Counted from the stretch's first letter, positions 37,401 to 48,153 are shown. The stretch is 64,000 nt of DNA from Phoronis australis (GCA_002633005.1 NMRA01000379.1:1-64000), one strand, 5' to 3'. Numbers and translations are program-made. The notes: a model not told the origin generated them from the letters alone.

Positions 37401-40400
37401 ATCTCTGTTACCTTTCATGGAACTAGTATGTTTGATGAAAATAGTTTTGGAGGCTCGAGTTGTGAATGGGAAACTTTATGTCCAACAGGTGGTGCAAGCG
37501 AATAAAGGTCATATTATTTATGAATCGAGAGGAGAAAATAGTATATTAGCTTGGGGTTGTCTGTGGGCCAGGTCTCATGTGACTAGTACCCAAATGAATG
37601 TATTTGTACACCAGAACCACCTAGTGGATTGATAATTGCCATTTGATGACTGGGACATTGAAATTATGTGCAAATTGTAACAGTTGTAATTGTACAAGAC
37701 TTGACGCCTCATATAAGGTATTGAGTCTTTGAGTGATTTAAAGTCATTTCTGATTTCAGTACCCAGGTGGCTTGTGTTAGTAACCATACATCACCAACTG
37801 ATATTACAGAATATTGGCATTAATTAAGCTTTTTAGTCAGTTGCTGTTTTTGGTGTCTTTTTATGAACCATGCTGTGGTTGCCTTCTTACTCTCCGCAAC
37901 TTGTGACTGTCTGTTGTGTGTGTGTGTGTGTGGTGTCCAGTTGCTGTTACATGTCAGGTGTTGGTTTCAGTACAACGCGTTTACCACCGTCATCAGCGAC
38001 ATGGTGTCGAGGGTGGAGAAAGAACACCGTACAAAGTTGGAACAACTGAACAGCATGGAGAAGGAGCAGAGGTTAGTTACGCAGGTCTCGTACAAAGGTC
38101 AAGCATGACAAAACCACTGCTGCCCCCTTGGGGCACAACAAGTTGTAAATCCCCTAACAATAAACCTATGGCTGTCTACTCACAGCCTCTCATTTTCTTG
38201 GAGCTGTCTTTACGAACTGGGTCATTGTGAGTTGGACATCACTGGAGATTAACAAAATCATACTGTGTGTAATATGGAATTAATTATTAATAAGTGAACT
38301 ACAAGCCACTACTAACTGGGTCAAAGACTCTGTCATGATGTCTGAGTACAAGTAGAGTTCATCCTCCCAGTAACTAGAATGACACTGGGCAACGGTGATT
38401 TGTTTCTGATTGCTTTCAGCTTATACTGTACGATTGTTTTTATCTCAAATTAATGATAGGAAGTTAAGCCAATTCTAAATTATTTGTTAAACTTACCAAA
38501 CAGTGAGTTAAACATTCAGCTTTCTACATTGTTGTCCAAAAACCGGCTTAACTATGTTTCTTTAGGTTTATGTTATACTTCAAAGTTAAACACTCTTAAT
38601 TACATGTTGGGATGTTGTATACTACTCTCATAATTACATGTTGGGATGTTGTATACTACTCTCATAATTACATGTTGACATGTTGTATACCACTCTCATA
38701 ATTACATGTTGACATGTTGTATACTACTCTCTTGGTGAGCTACTGTAATGTTTGTGTAACTGTTACAATCTTTTGCCAGGACACTTCAGTTCAGTCAGGA
38801 GCCCGTGTCAAATGCCAACAATCTTGTGTCTGTGCCTGCTGTGGGAAACAAACAGGACTCCATGGTTAGTAAACACTGTCATCCCATACTCAGTGTATTT
38901 TGAAAGCTATAGGACTCCATGGTTAGTAAACACTGTCATCCCATACTCAGTGTATTTTGAAAGCTATAGGAAACAGCAGACATAGCTCTTAGCATTGAGA
39001 GATCACTGACAGAGGTTTCTTTTGCTTGACTTAATAGAAATCATTCAACGTATGGCTCTTTAGCGTTTAGCTAACTCTCCATATTTAAGAAGCAGAACAT
39101 TCCATTTAAACAGCAAGAACATTAACCATAAATTTTCAAAAATGGAGCTGCCTGTGGTTATATGTTAAGATAAAATTAAATAGTGAAGAATGAATTTCAA
39201 ACTAACCAAGATGAGCTAACTCCTCTGTCCTTTATTTATTACGTCAATGTAACAAATTATGAAAATGTGTCTTTTGTCTAAAAATTTCTCACCCTTACTT
39301 ATTTTGAGGTCATGGAAAGGAACTCTCTGTATATGGATTTTCCGATTGTTGCAGATGGACAAGTTCTTGAGTGGCTTTGGTGGAATGTTCTCGTCTGGTG
39401 ACGCCAACAAAGCGCAAACAATAGCGGACACAGGCCAGGTTTGTTGAGACATATGATTGTATCCAGTGTACATGGCATCTACTTGGGTTAAATACCTTCA
39501 TCTGTGTCTTTGCTCCCTTCCGTCCATCTGTCTATTGGTCAGTTTTTCTGTCCAGTAGTGTGGGGTTATCTGCTGCTTTAAATTTGTTTTTTGTTTCTGG
39601 AATTTAAGGGATTTTTACTCTGTGATGTCTTGGACATGTCTGACTAGCTTTGCACCTTCTAGCGACCATTTATTACATAACCATACAATGTCTTTGCTTT
39701 AAGTTTTCTTTCATTACAGTAAATTTTTATAGAGCCTATTTCTAATTTAACTGTGTTAGCTCCCTCTGTTGACCATGTTACTTGTTCATTTAATATGATT
39801 ATGATGATTATGATTTTTATTTACTATTATTATCACCACCACCACCACCATCATCATTATTAAAATGTATTATAATTCTCATTATCATTACTTACTACAT
39901 CTTCCAATACAGAAAACTCTCAGTCTGGCAGAGAAGCAGCGGTTGGCTGAGCAGCAGGAGATGCAGAGGCGGCTTAAGTCACAGACTCCTCTTACAAGTT
40001 CTACGGCCGTCAAATCACAGACTCCACTCACAGCTTCTAAAGTGGTCAAGACAATGCAATCTACGGTAGGTGAAAAATGAAATTCAGTTACAGTAATGCT
40101 TGCCTTCCTGCCAAAGCAGCTCACAATATTCACAAAGTATCAAATCAAGTTTGTGACGAGGCAAATGTAGCCATGAATGCAAACTGAACAGTTTTCTATT
40201 TCAATTTGTTTGTAATGAAATGAAGGTCAAAGTGATTGGTGTTTAGACAAATACAACTATTTTACTGTACTGATGGGTTATACGATACATAATGATATAC
40301 TGGTTACTCCAAATATTACAAAGCATTCAGCTTAATCCCAAACAAAATATTTTAAAATTTCTGTTAATTTCCGTTCAAAAACTCATGGTGTGCAGCAGTG

Positions 40401-41318
40401 TGTCCAACAATCCTACGGCTGATGCTGTTTGCGTTTAGAAATAATATCAAACAAATTGGAAAAACTTCAATCAAAAAAAATATAGCTGCTGTGATGCCAC
40501 TTGTCTTAGAAACAGCATTCGGTTGAGACCACATGAAATCAGTATTAACGTTCTTTCTCAAATTTGTGGCAATTTGTTAAAAAAACAGTTTGTTATTGCT
40601 TCTGATTATGCTTGACTGGCTTTTGATGTTTTCGTTTCTTTCTGTTTTTCAGCAAGTGAAAGACCTGACATCCACCCTTACATCCAGCTCAGCAAATAAA
40701 CCTTCATATAATCTCAGTTCATTTTCATCAACACCATCAACAATGGGAAGCTCTCAGGCACAAAGCAGCAAACAACTTGACCTTTCCTCATTGGACAATC
40801 TACTTCCATCATCCTCTGGCAGGACAAAACAGCCAATAGGATCCATGAAAAGTGGGTCAACTGGCATGATGGGTAGTCAATATGTTGGACAGAGCATTGC
40901 AGGTGGCATGGTTATTGGTGGTGGTCACCAGAACACCATAACGACTGGGCAAACAGCTGTTATGGGTGGTCAAGTCAACAGAATGGGGAATCCAAGTCTC
41001 ATGATGAGTAACCATGGTAACATGATGAATGCTGGTAACATGATGAGTGCTGGTATCCGAGGAACCAGTATGGTGAATAGTCAAGGTGGTTATGGCAATA
41101 TGAACATGATGGGTGGCTTGAGTAACACATCCATGAACTGGCAGTCTGGTGGCATGGCTGGTCAAGGCGGAATGACCCATGGTCAGTTTGGTATGATGAG
41201 CAATAGTGGAATGATGGTTGGACAATCTTTGGGCCCAACCAATAATATGTCCTCCTGGATGGATCAGCAGACGAGTAAACCACCACCCCAAGCAAATGTG
41301 AACGATTTGTTGGGATGA
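21843..41318 (+). CDS. SCYL2: SCY1-like protein 2 (CVAK104): pseudokinase, HEAT repeats, low-complexity tail; 17 coding exons, about 940 aa
   Basis: All exons below join in one frame with GT-AG introns (2823 nt including stop). Diagnostic peptides GNPVTREFD, QLTRLRHP, TEPVFASLANVLG, KYGLLQ, DMVPFVLPNILL, EPAVLM.ILGIYK, EH.TKLEQL; HRN and GFE replace the catalytic HRD and DFG; ends VNDLLG. Confidence 0.96.
22144..22311. repeat. 21-bp minisatellite, 8 copies
   Basis: tattggccatgtcactggc(a/g)a units. Confidence 0.95.
23082..23239 (+). CDS. SCYL2: SCYL2 coding exon 2
   Basis: acag|EASVFMFEKK...QLTRLRHP...HPLEES AG|gtacca. Confidence 0.95.
23861..23932 (+). mobile_element. tRNA-like SINE head or tRNA pseudogene
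   Basis: A-box TAGCTCCGTGG (23869) and B-box GGTTCGAACC (23914); stems do not pair as in a functional tRNA. Confidence 0.5.
24055..24199 (+). CDS. SCYL2: SCYL2 coding exon 3
   Basis: tcag|A ETLAFATEPVFASLANVLG...KYGLLQ|gtgagt. Confidence 0.95.
24944..25715 (+). mobile_element. Non-autonomous Helentron/HINE-like element with internal 125-145 bp repeats
   Basis: Starts TT|AACAAG, has degenerate internal repeats (aaaatgacca..aggt.gc.cagaatatgtc) and ends in a perfect 13-bp hairpin tatgcacccacat-gcaaatg-atgtgggtgcata (25679-25711) followed by an A-run. Confidence 0.6.
26956..27105 (+). CDS. SCYL2: SCYL2 coding exon 4
   Basis: ttag|LVEGLAFLHNDAKMLHRNVCLESVIINKNGAWKLSGFE...SQQ|gtgggg. Confidence 0.95.
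28380..29230. other. (AC)n microsatellite and assembly gap (N 28424-29226)
   Basis: Direct reading; the flanking SCYL2 exons join without a missing segment. Confidence 0.98.
29357..29572 (+). CDS. SCYL2: SCYL2 coding exon 5
   Basis: gcag|ASFPFKEWD...FLAPEFIL...SDLYSLG...NAAE|gtacgt. Confidence 0.95.
30170..30286 (+). CDS. SCYL2: SCYL2 coding exon 6
   Basis: gcag|LRRLKG...DHVKLLLNVEPSVRPDAHQMSQ|gtaaaa. Confidence 0.95.
30833..30961 (+). CDS. SCYL2: SCYL2 coding exon 7
   Basis: tcag|LPFFQDVG...DNLAKSKFFKGLPQVVVKMPK|gtatag. Confidence 0.95.
30961..32304. repeat. 41-bp minisatellite, 32 full copies plus 1 partial, starting at a splice donor
   Basis: ggtatagtactccaatgtattggatgaccaattgtcccaaa; phase checked at 31084, 31740, 32232 and 32273; only visible variant is A>G at 32270. 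Confidence 0.98.
32581..32776. repeat. 32-bp minisatellite, 6 copies
   Basis: ttttggaagggggtgatacaacctggctactg units. Confidence 0.95.
33544..33720 (+). CDS. SCYL2: SCYL2 coding exon 8
   Basis: ttag|RINLERMLP...DMVPFVLPNILL...EPVQ|gtaaac. Confidence 0.95.
34251..34373 (+). CDS. SCYL2: SCYL2 coding exon 9
   Basis: atag|VLLIFMQNMSLLLSKTP...APQIQ|gtaagt. Confidence 0.95.
35224..35337 (+). CDS. SCYL2: SCYL2 coding exon 10
   Basis: tcag|ELCLQVLPTFASLIEYSSMKNAVIPRLKKLCLATQSLN|gtaagt. Confidence 0.95.
35290..35498. repeat. 52-bp tandem repeat, 4 copies, made of an exon end plus its splice donor
   Basis: Units at 35290, 35342, 35394 and 35446. Confidence 0.97.
35880..36012 (+). CDS. SCYL2: SCYL2 coding exon 11
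   Basis: gtag|IRVNSLVCIGK...EPAVLMSIL G|gtattt. Confidence 0.95.
36029..36200. repeat. About 42-bp minisatellite, 4 copies
   Basis: cagtggtcactcggtagtctctttaca(c/a)ttct(t/c)cacagtgct, with alternating variants. Confidence 0.93.
37264..37382 (+). CDS. SCYL2: SCYL2 coding exon 12
   Basis: tcag|GT IYKVALTHEKLGITKD...LNLSQ|gtaaga. Confidence 0.95.
37971..38071 (+). CDS. SCYL2: SCYL2 coding exon 13
   Basis: tcag|YNAFTTVISDMVSRVEKEHRTKLEQLNSMEKEQ AG|gttagt. Confidence 0.93.
38597..38731. repeat. 34-bp minisatellite, 4 copies
   Basis: taattacatgttg(gg/ac)atgttgtatactactctca. Confidence 0.95.
38780..38864 (+). CDS. SCYL2: SCYL2 coding exon 14
   Basis: ccag|G TLQFSQEPVSNANNLVSVPAVGNKQDSM|gttagt; phase 2/0 is required to link its neighbours. 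Confidence 0.8.
38854..38971. repeat. 57-bp perfect duplication spanning a splice donor
   Basis: aggactccatg|gttagt...gaaagctat at 38854 and 38911. Confidence 0.97.
39355..39438 (+). CDS. SCYL2: SCYL2 coding exon 15
   Basis: gcag|MDKFLSGFGGMFSSGDANKAQTIADTGQ|gtttgt. Confidence 0.8.
39913..40065 (+). CDS. SCYL2: SCYL2 coding exon 16
   Basis: acag|KTLSLAEKQRLAEQQEMQRRLKSQTPL...QST|gtaggt; the LSL.EKQRL..QQE motif is typical of SCYL2. Confidence 0.9.
40653..41318 (+). CDS. SCYL2: SCYL2 terminal coding exon 17 (Gly/Met/Ser/Asn-rich tail)
   Basis: tttttcag|QVKDLTSTL...LDLSSLDNLL...VNDLLG*; AATAAA at 41351. Confidence 0.9.
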   Translation, partial: QVKDLTSTLTSSSANKPSYNLSSFSSTPSTMGSSQAQSSKQLDLSSLDNLLPSSSGRTKQPIGSMKSGSTGMMGSQYVGQSIAGGMVIGGGHQNTITTGQTAVMGGQVNRMGNPSLMMSNHGNMMNAGNMMSAGIRGTSMVNSQGGYGNMNMMGGLSNTSMNWQSGGMAGQGGMTHGQFGMMSNSGMMVGQSLGPTNNMSSWMDQQTSKPPPQANVNDLLG

Positions 41319-41494
41319 GGAAGTAAGGAGGCCTTCTCTGCACTACTCATAATAAAAAAAGTGTTGTGTATAAACAAGAGGTGCAATCCCACCTACTTTA
41401 CATCAACGATTGATCTACTTTATGTTCATTCCATTTCACCCAAACACAGACATCTTGCTATAATTGTGCTGATCTTGTAACCTGCCACTGGACA

Positions 41495-41620
41495 CGAGAT
41501 TTGATTCCTTGTGTCCCACAGGTGACAGTCTGCAACGCGAGATTTGATTCCATGTGTCCCACAGGTGACAGTCTGCAACACCAGATTTGATTCTATGTGT
41601 CCCACAGGTGACAATCTGCA
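41495..41620. repeat. 43-bp minisatellite, 3 copies, downstream of the SCYL2 stop
   Basis: Units at 41495, 41538 and 41581. Confidence 0.95.
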
Positions 41621-43230
41621 TCACGAATTTCCACGCTGTTCTGTCCTTCAAAGTTATATTTGAGGGTTGCTTCTGTAGCATGACTATTACTTTGGGACAT
41701 CCTCTTGGGACATGCTCTTGGGACATCCTCTTCCGCACTTTTTGGAGTTCAATTATTTTGATTTGATTTTGTTGTGTGTCACCAAAAATCAAGCCTTGCA
41801 ATATGGCAAGATCACTTCTTGTTTTCTGCAGTTTATGCTGTGGTCAGGATGGAGCCTAGTTGTGTTATTTTTTACCTTAAATCGGTTCATTCTGGCTTTG
41901 AATTTGGTAATTTTACCTGCCAAAGTAGCGCAGCTTTAATAATTTAATGAGATCTATTGTTAAGAGATGAGTCATTTTTGATATTTCATATTCATCAATT
42001 ACTTGGTGAAGGGCCCTCTTCAATCTGTGTTTTGATGGACCAACAAAGTTTTCTGTTTGGGGTGTTACAGGCAATATTTGGGTGCTTTCTATTTTTTTAT
42101 AAATGTGTGTGTGTGTGCGTGTGCGTGTGTGTGTGCTGTGTCACACATAGGTGAATGGTTGATTTTGTTTGATAAAATTATGCAATGACATTTACGCAGT
42201 CTCTGGGCGTTTTATGTTAATTTTGTGTTATTTGCGTGCAGGTGATTTCATCTACAAATCTTGTGATGAAACTCACTGCTCTTCAATATGTGTTTGACAG
42301 TGCTAGTAGTGTCCCTCATTTAACATAGTTTTAATTTAAAAATGTCTTATGACTACTTCTGCATTATGCAGTGGGCATGCTCTGTAGCGCTAATGCTGGC
42401 AAGAAAATGGCAATGGTAAACTTTCTCTTATAAGATGCCAGCATCCTCGACCAATCATTTCATGACTATTGCCACTCCACGCTAGTAAGGTAAATAACTT
42501 TCTCACCAGATTTTGGGGGTGTTATGGGATTTCTGTTTTTGTCAAAAAAATGTTGCTTTAGGGAATGCACCCCATGATTAGTTGTGAACAAGTTTGGTCA
42601 TAGGGTCAAAGGTCAGCTTATAACTTTCACTTCTATCAGTAGTTGATATATTTTGTCAAGTGTGTCTCATAACTTTTTTGGTTGTAAAATATAGATCCTC
42701 TAGGTGGCACTGGCATCATATTCATCTTTATTAAATAAATTAAGTTGAGGGCCATAAATTTCAGTGTCCAGTGGTTAAGGGCAAACGAACTGATGCCTCT
42801 TCATCCTAACCGTCCCACACTAAACGTATAAGGGGGGCTGTTTTCACCTCTCTTAAACACAAGGTGTGTGTGTTCACCTGCTTAGTGAATTGTGCCATGA
42901 TTCCTGGTGAAGGTTTTTTGCTTGGGTTGTCAATTACCTGTCATGTATTCAATATCATACTGTACTGGTTATGTAGTGAAAATTTTTCGTATAGGTTCTG
43001 GTGTCAATTAAAAGGTTATTTTCTTCTTACATTCTAAGCAGTGGACACTGTGGGATTTCTCTCAAAGCTGAGTTATTCGCCATTTTTGGCATTAGTGAGA
43101 TAGAGGCATTAAAGTGCTATTATCAGGAGAAATGTGGTTTTCCAGATCAGTCAACCCTAACGCAGGATAGAAGGTTGGCATGTTTTAAATGACCATTTTT
43201 TTCAAGAAATGCCGGGGAAGGATTTTATCA

Positions 43231-43481
43231 CATGCGCACACCCAATATAAAAACGGGGGCTCGAATTACTGAGAATTTGGATTTTTTACTAAGATTCAGG
43301 GGGTTCGTTCAGAGCTATGAATTGTGCATTCGCTGAATTTTAGAAGTTCCTGCCAATTTAGTTGACTTGTCTCGTTTTCTTTCTTCCAAGTCTTTGTTTC
43401 TCTGAGACCGACCTTTTTACCCACTTCGCCAAATGGGAGCTCGTTCGAGCCCCCCGATCCCCCTCCCTGGGTGTGCGCATG
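43231..43481. mobile_element. 251-bp MITE with hAT-like termini
   Basis: Perfect 14-bp TIR catgcgcacaccca / tgggtgtgcgcatg flanked by ATCA on both sides; interior resembles about 60364-60460. Confidence 0.7.
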
Positions 43482-45907
43482 ATCAACAGATACTGCTATA
43501 ACAGACCCCTTTAAAAAGCGCTCTTAATTGGCGGTATTCGTCGCATTACATCATTACATGTCACGTGACTGTAAGAGTACAGTGCACTGGTATCAAAACA
43601 TTCCTTGCGTTGATAGCAACTGTCTTGTGTATCATAGGGGAATTCGTTTGTTGCGAAACGACCCAGTTTTGAAAGGAAGATTTAGTCTAACTCTGTCCAG
43701 TTCTCTGGTTTTTACTGATGCCCTAAATGTTCTGTTGAGAGAGGAAAATCCTGGTTTGTCGTCATCTAGAAATGTCGGAGACGGGTTCTGTGTTAGTGTT
43801 GTTTGTAAGTTTTGGGCAGCATGAACTACATGTATAAAAGTTATCCTTTAAAAGTGGTCAAGTAGACAGTGTTGTCAGTTTTTTTAAAACGGTACAGAAT
43901 ACAGATTGTTTATTAATTTCTTTCTATTTATAATTGTTTTGTTTTTCCGTTTGAATATTGCGGTCTTATTGTGAAATATACCAATTTGCCGTTTCATCTT
44001 CCTCTTCAATTGATTGAGATGCAATGCGTTGCACACACGCACTGGNTTTTTTTTTTTTTTTTTTTTTGGCTGTGCACGACTTAAGCGTGTACGCGTGCCT
44101 TTGCGCTCGTAAAACTGAGGATAAATCGGCCGAATTGTCACATTCAGATAAATTATTGTCTTTTTATGAATAGCTGCGTGACGTCTTCCTGATCCGATGT
44201 TCATTTGATTACTAAGGATTCCACGAAAGTCTTTTCTTTTTGTAATTTGTCATACATTGCGTGTCACGGTTTCATTAACTGGGCATTGTTAACAATTTAT
44301 CGAAAAATCCTATGAGGTGGTAACTCGCTTTGTACAAATATGCCTCAATGTGCCTATGAAGGCATGCACACGTGAGACCTCATGTTAGCACAACTTTGTG
44401 GAATACGAATCATTTAAACTGGTTTTTAAAAAAGGATAATAAACCCTGTGTGGCTGATTTCAATCAGTCTTCGTTTTGTTCTCTTCTAATGCACCATTGG
44501 CGTCTTAGTGTAGTCCTAAGAGCAGAATTTGTAAGGAAAAGAGTCACTGTGTCACAGATTGATAGTATGGTTCTTGGTGGGCGGTCTTTCCCTTCATTTG
44601 CCGTTTTACCCGCCTAAAGCGGAGGTCACGCTTGCCCGTTTAACAGACTTGGTAAGAAGTTGCGAAATTGCTCCAACATTGAGGGTTCATGGTAAAAGAG
44701 CATTATTTTGTTTAAGAGAGCTGGATCGGAAAGTCATTGTTCATATCTGAAGGCCAAAGCCGAGTTCTGTATCGAGAAAGTGAAACGCAGGCAAATCTGC
44801 GACTGGTCTGTTCACTCGGAAACTGAACTTCTGGCTGCCTATTGCTAATAAAGTGATCTCAACACAAATCTATGTCTGCGGCGGCACTGCATGTTAGAGA
44901 TGGCCGCTTTCTCACAATTCTCTTCGAACATGACGTCACTCGCATGGGGTCATTACAACCCCAGTAAACACACTTGAAGTGCACTATTTTGATTAAAGTT
45001 TCATCGGAAAAAACATTTCCTGCCTTGAATTTGCTAAACATTTCCGTTGGTAATTGTTCATCGATTTCTAAGCATTGACTGGCATAAATAACGGGAAGTC
45101 GCTTGATTGGGGGTCTTTTTGCGGACTCCAGATCAGGCAGTTTTAACATATTGTCCAAATATCTACACAGGCCTCCCAACACAGAATATTTTCCTACTTT
45201 TCTCCTAATTTCTGAAGGTATTTCTTCTTTTCATGTTTATTTTTTTAAATTCTTACTTTTTGTCAAAATTTGACCGTACGTTTTTAATCTAACAAAGAAA
45301 CATCTATATAGTTATCAGAATTAAGAAAAAAATAATAATCATGCTAACTGTGGGATTCCATATCGGCTCCTCTTTCACTCTAGGAACTGTGGTATTCCAC
45401 GAATTAAGGCTGCTGGAAATAAGTTAAAAATGACATGTGTCGAGACCGGGTAAATGAAGAAACAGGTCACGTGTCTTCAAACGTGATGAAGAGACGCGCC
45501 CAATAAGACCCGAAAGCTAATTTTTTGATATATATTTTTACCGGATTTTAAAATGTTTTTACGTTGCTTGAAATAAGGGTGTCAAAACTGGTCACGTGAT
45601 CATCATTCAGCCACTAAAAGGAGGGGAGAGGATGGAAATTGCCGGAATAATTGGTTAAGTTTTGACTTACAACGAGTATTTTCCATTTGATGATTATCTT
45701 CAATCGAATTTTTATTCATTCAGTTCTTTTAATGTATGTTTGCATTGCAATTTCAGGGTTTATTTTAGAAAAAGTTGTCTTAACCTTCAAAAATAGACAG
45801 GTTTTTCCATTTTCCCCAGGTTACGACAGGTGTACATAGCCAGATTGGAAAGTTAATTTTACAAGTCCAGCTGAGCCTTTAATATTTATAGTCTACTTTA
45901 AGAATGT

Positions 45908-46872
45908 TTCAGTGTTATATTGTTGTGCCAGTTGAGCAGCTCTATTAATTGCAGTGATCTCAGCCTGAAACACCGTGGCAAGATTTTATCGTTAGGCAAT
46001 CTTGCCACGGTGTTTCAGGCTGAGATCACTGCAATTAATAGAGCTGGCACAACACTATAACACTGAACTTGGCAATCGGCCAATTACCATCTTTTCAGAT
46101 AGCCAGGCAGCAATAAAAGCCCTAAAGAAACTAAGGGTCAACTCTCGTTGTGTTAATGCTTGTATTAATGAGCTTAACAAGCTTGCAATTGAAAGAACCG
46201 TCAATATACGCTGGGTCAGGGCCCATGTGGGAATGAGAATGCAGACAGACTCGCAAAGATAGGAGCAAGCGTTCTGCATTTTGTGCCTGAACCTTCTATC
46301 CCGGTATCTTATGGATGTTGCAGGATGAGTATACGCAACTGGGTACATACCCAGTCAGCATCCCAGTGGGCATCACTTAACTCCTGCAGAGAGACCAAGG
46401 AGAATTTTCCCAACGTGATATAACCAAAAGGTTCAAAAAGCCTTCTGAGTCTAGATATATAGATTGGGTATAAGACACGTCATTCAAATTTTGACGGGCC
46501 ACTGCAACCTAGCCCGACACAGACACATTACTGGGCATATGGGGAGCCCTGTGTGTCCTGAGTGTGATACTGACGTAGAATCTCCTAAACACCTGGTAGA
46601 GTCTTGCCCAGCTTTTTATAGGCTAAAGAGCAACCTACTGGATGGCACTGTTACATGCCTACAACATACAGTGCATGGCAACAAATGGAAACGTCTGTCC
46701 GTTTTCCTAAAGGAGACTGGCAGACTTGAAAACTTTCTTCACGAGGAGCCATAATTGGGGTCTCGTGCCTTTCCTCAGGTGTTTTGTGCAATGGGCCCAA
46801 CCATGAGGCCTGCGCACGTCTGATGCACCGCAAATGACATCAGACAACCTGCACTGTTTTTTTTGTTTTTTT
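45908..46872 (+). mobile_element. 5'-truncated RNase H-encoding non-LTR retrotransposon (I-group, LOA/R1-like), decayed
   Basis: LSLGNLATVFQAEITAI / ITIFSDSQAAIKAL / IRWVRAHVG / NENADRLAK (RNase H) and LTGH...CPEC...ESPKHLVESC (C-terminal zinc knuckle), with frameshifts; flanking direct repeat tttaagaat(g/a)ttt at 45897 and 46873. Confidence 0.88.
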
Positions 46873-48015
46873 TTTAAGAATATTTACGCGAGTCGTTTAT
46901 TGATCAATCCTATCTAGTCTACCTTTCATAAACATCTTGCATTCTGTAAGACACTAAGAGAATTTGGTATAGAACTTCAGTTGGGGGTTTATCCTGCCAG
47001 AAATCGAACGCGCGTCTTCGTGTGCTACCTTCGTCATCAGGCCAACGAGCAATGCCCGCGAATGTTTGATAAAAAGGTTCCTATATCATACACTTTCCCG
47101 CATATTTGGACGCATTTATTGGAGACCCATACAGCGTAATACAAGGGCCGGTATTTTATTGCAAAATGGTATCCTTGAGATGTTTTATGCAATCTCTATG
47201 GTTCACAAATTTCATAATAGGTAATTAGGTTAGTTTTGGCAGTCCTTTTCCTATTCCATTTATTCCTCGTGACCACCTTTCACGTGCGTAATTTCGTATA
47301 CCATTTCTGTCTCCTCAATTTGAGTGTTTATTTTCACAGTATGTTGGATGCCCCTATCGCTTAGGTTGAGCTTATTGGTAACTTTGGTCATTTGTTTTCA
47401 TAATTTTTTGCAATTGATGCGTAATTACTCCCGCGGCAAGACAACGTAAGGCGCGATTACGGACAAAGTTTTAATGAGCCAGTTGATCCAAGCATAGTGC
47501 GTCAATAACATTGTTTTCGTCAATGACGCAGGGCGCCGCCCTATAAATATCCCTACAATTTCTTTCTAGATTGTATTGTTGGGGCTTAATTCAACATAAG
47601 TTTGTGCGCATTACAATTTCACAAAGTCTACTTGTAAATATGTTATGATCGCTCTATACCGTTCCTATTTTTGCCTATTTCTTCTTAACTTGTCCAGGGT
47701 TTTGTGAGAAGCTGTGAGAGGCCTTTTTCATATTTTAAAAATTAAACAATGCAACAAACCACTCATATGTTTGAATACAGCTTCAAGTTGTTTCATTCTC
47801 ACTTTGTGTGTGTTGACTTAAAGTTGCACTTCAACCTGTTTAGAGATTACGTGCAAAGAAAGACGCTGATCTTGGCCAATTGCTGATCTAGTGCTCTTAC
47901 CACTAAGCTACTGAGGCCCGATATCTGAACAATTATTGTTTAATTGTCCAAATTGCGTGTGAAAAAGGCGAAATGCCGCTCATGAGATGGATGACATAAC
48001 AACTGACTGCAATGT

Positions 48016-48153
48016 CAGTGGCGGATTTAGAGGGGGGGGCATAAAATTCTCCCAGATTACATTTGGCACTTCGGGAGCGTGCATGTCTGACAGGCAAAAT
48101 CCTGGCTAATACTCTGCCCTACCCCCCAACTCAAAATCCTGGATTCGCCCCTG
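48016..48153. mobile_element. Short hAT-like non-autonomous element; related copy starts at 60267
   Basis: Termini cagtggcggattt...ggattcgcccctg; the reverse complement aligns with caggagcggatccaggattttgagtt at 60267; no clear TSD. Confidence 0.55.

Noticed and set aside
40857-41343. His-rich minus-strand ORFs
   Set aside because: Antisense shadow of the Met/Gly-rich SCYL2 last exon
44859-45182. 107-aa minus-strand ORF
   Set aside because: Non-ATG start, no domain signature, no supporting splice sites
47870-47920. tRNA-like 5' half on the minus strand (also 20705-20765 on the plus strand)
   Set aside because: Only partial A/B boxes and no complete cloverleaf; at most SINE debris
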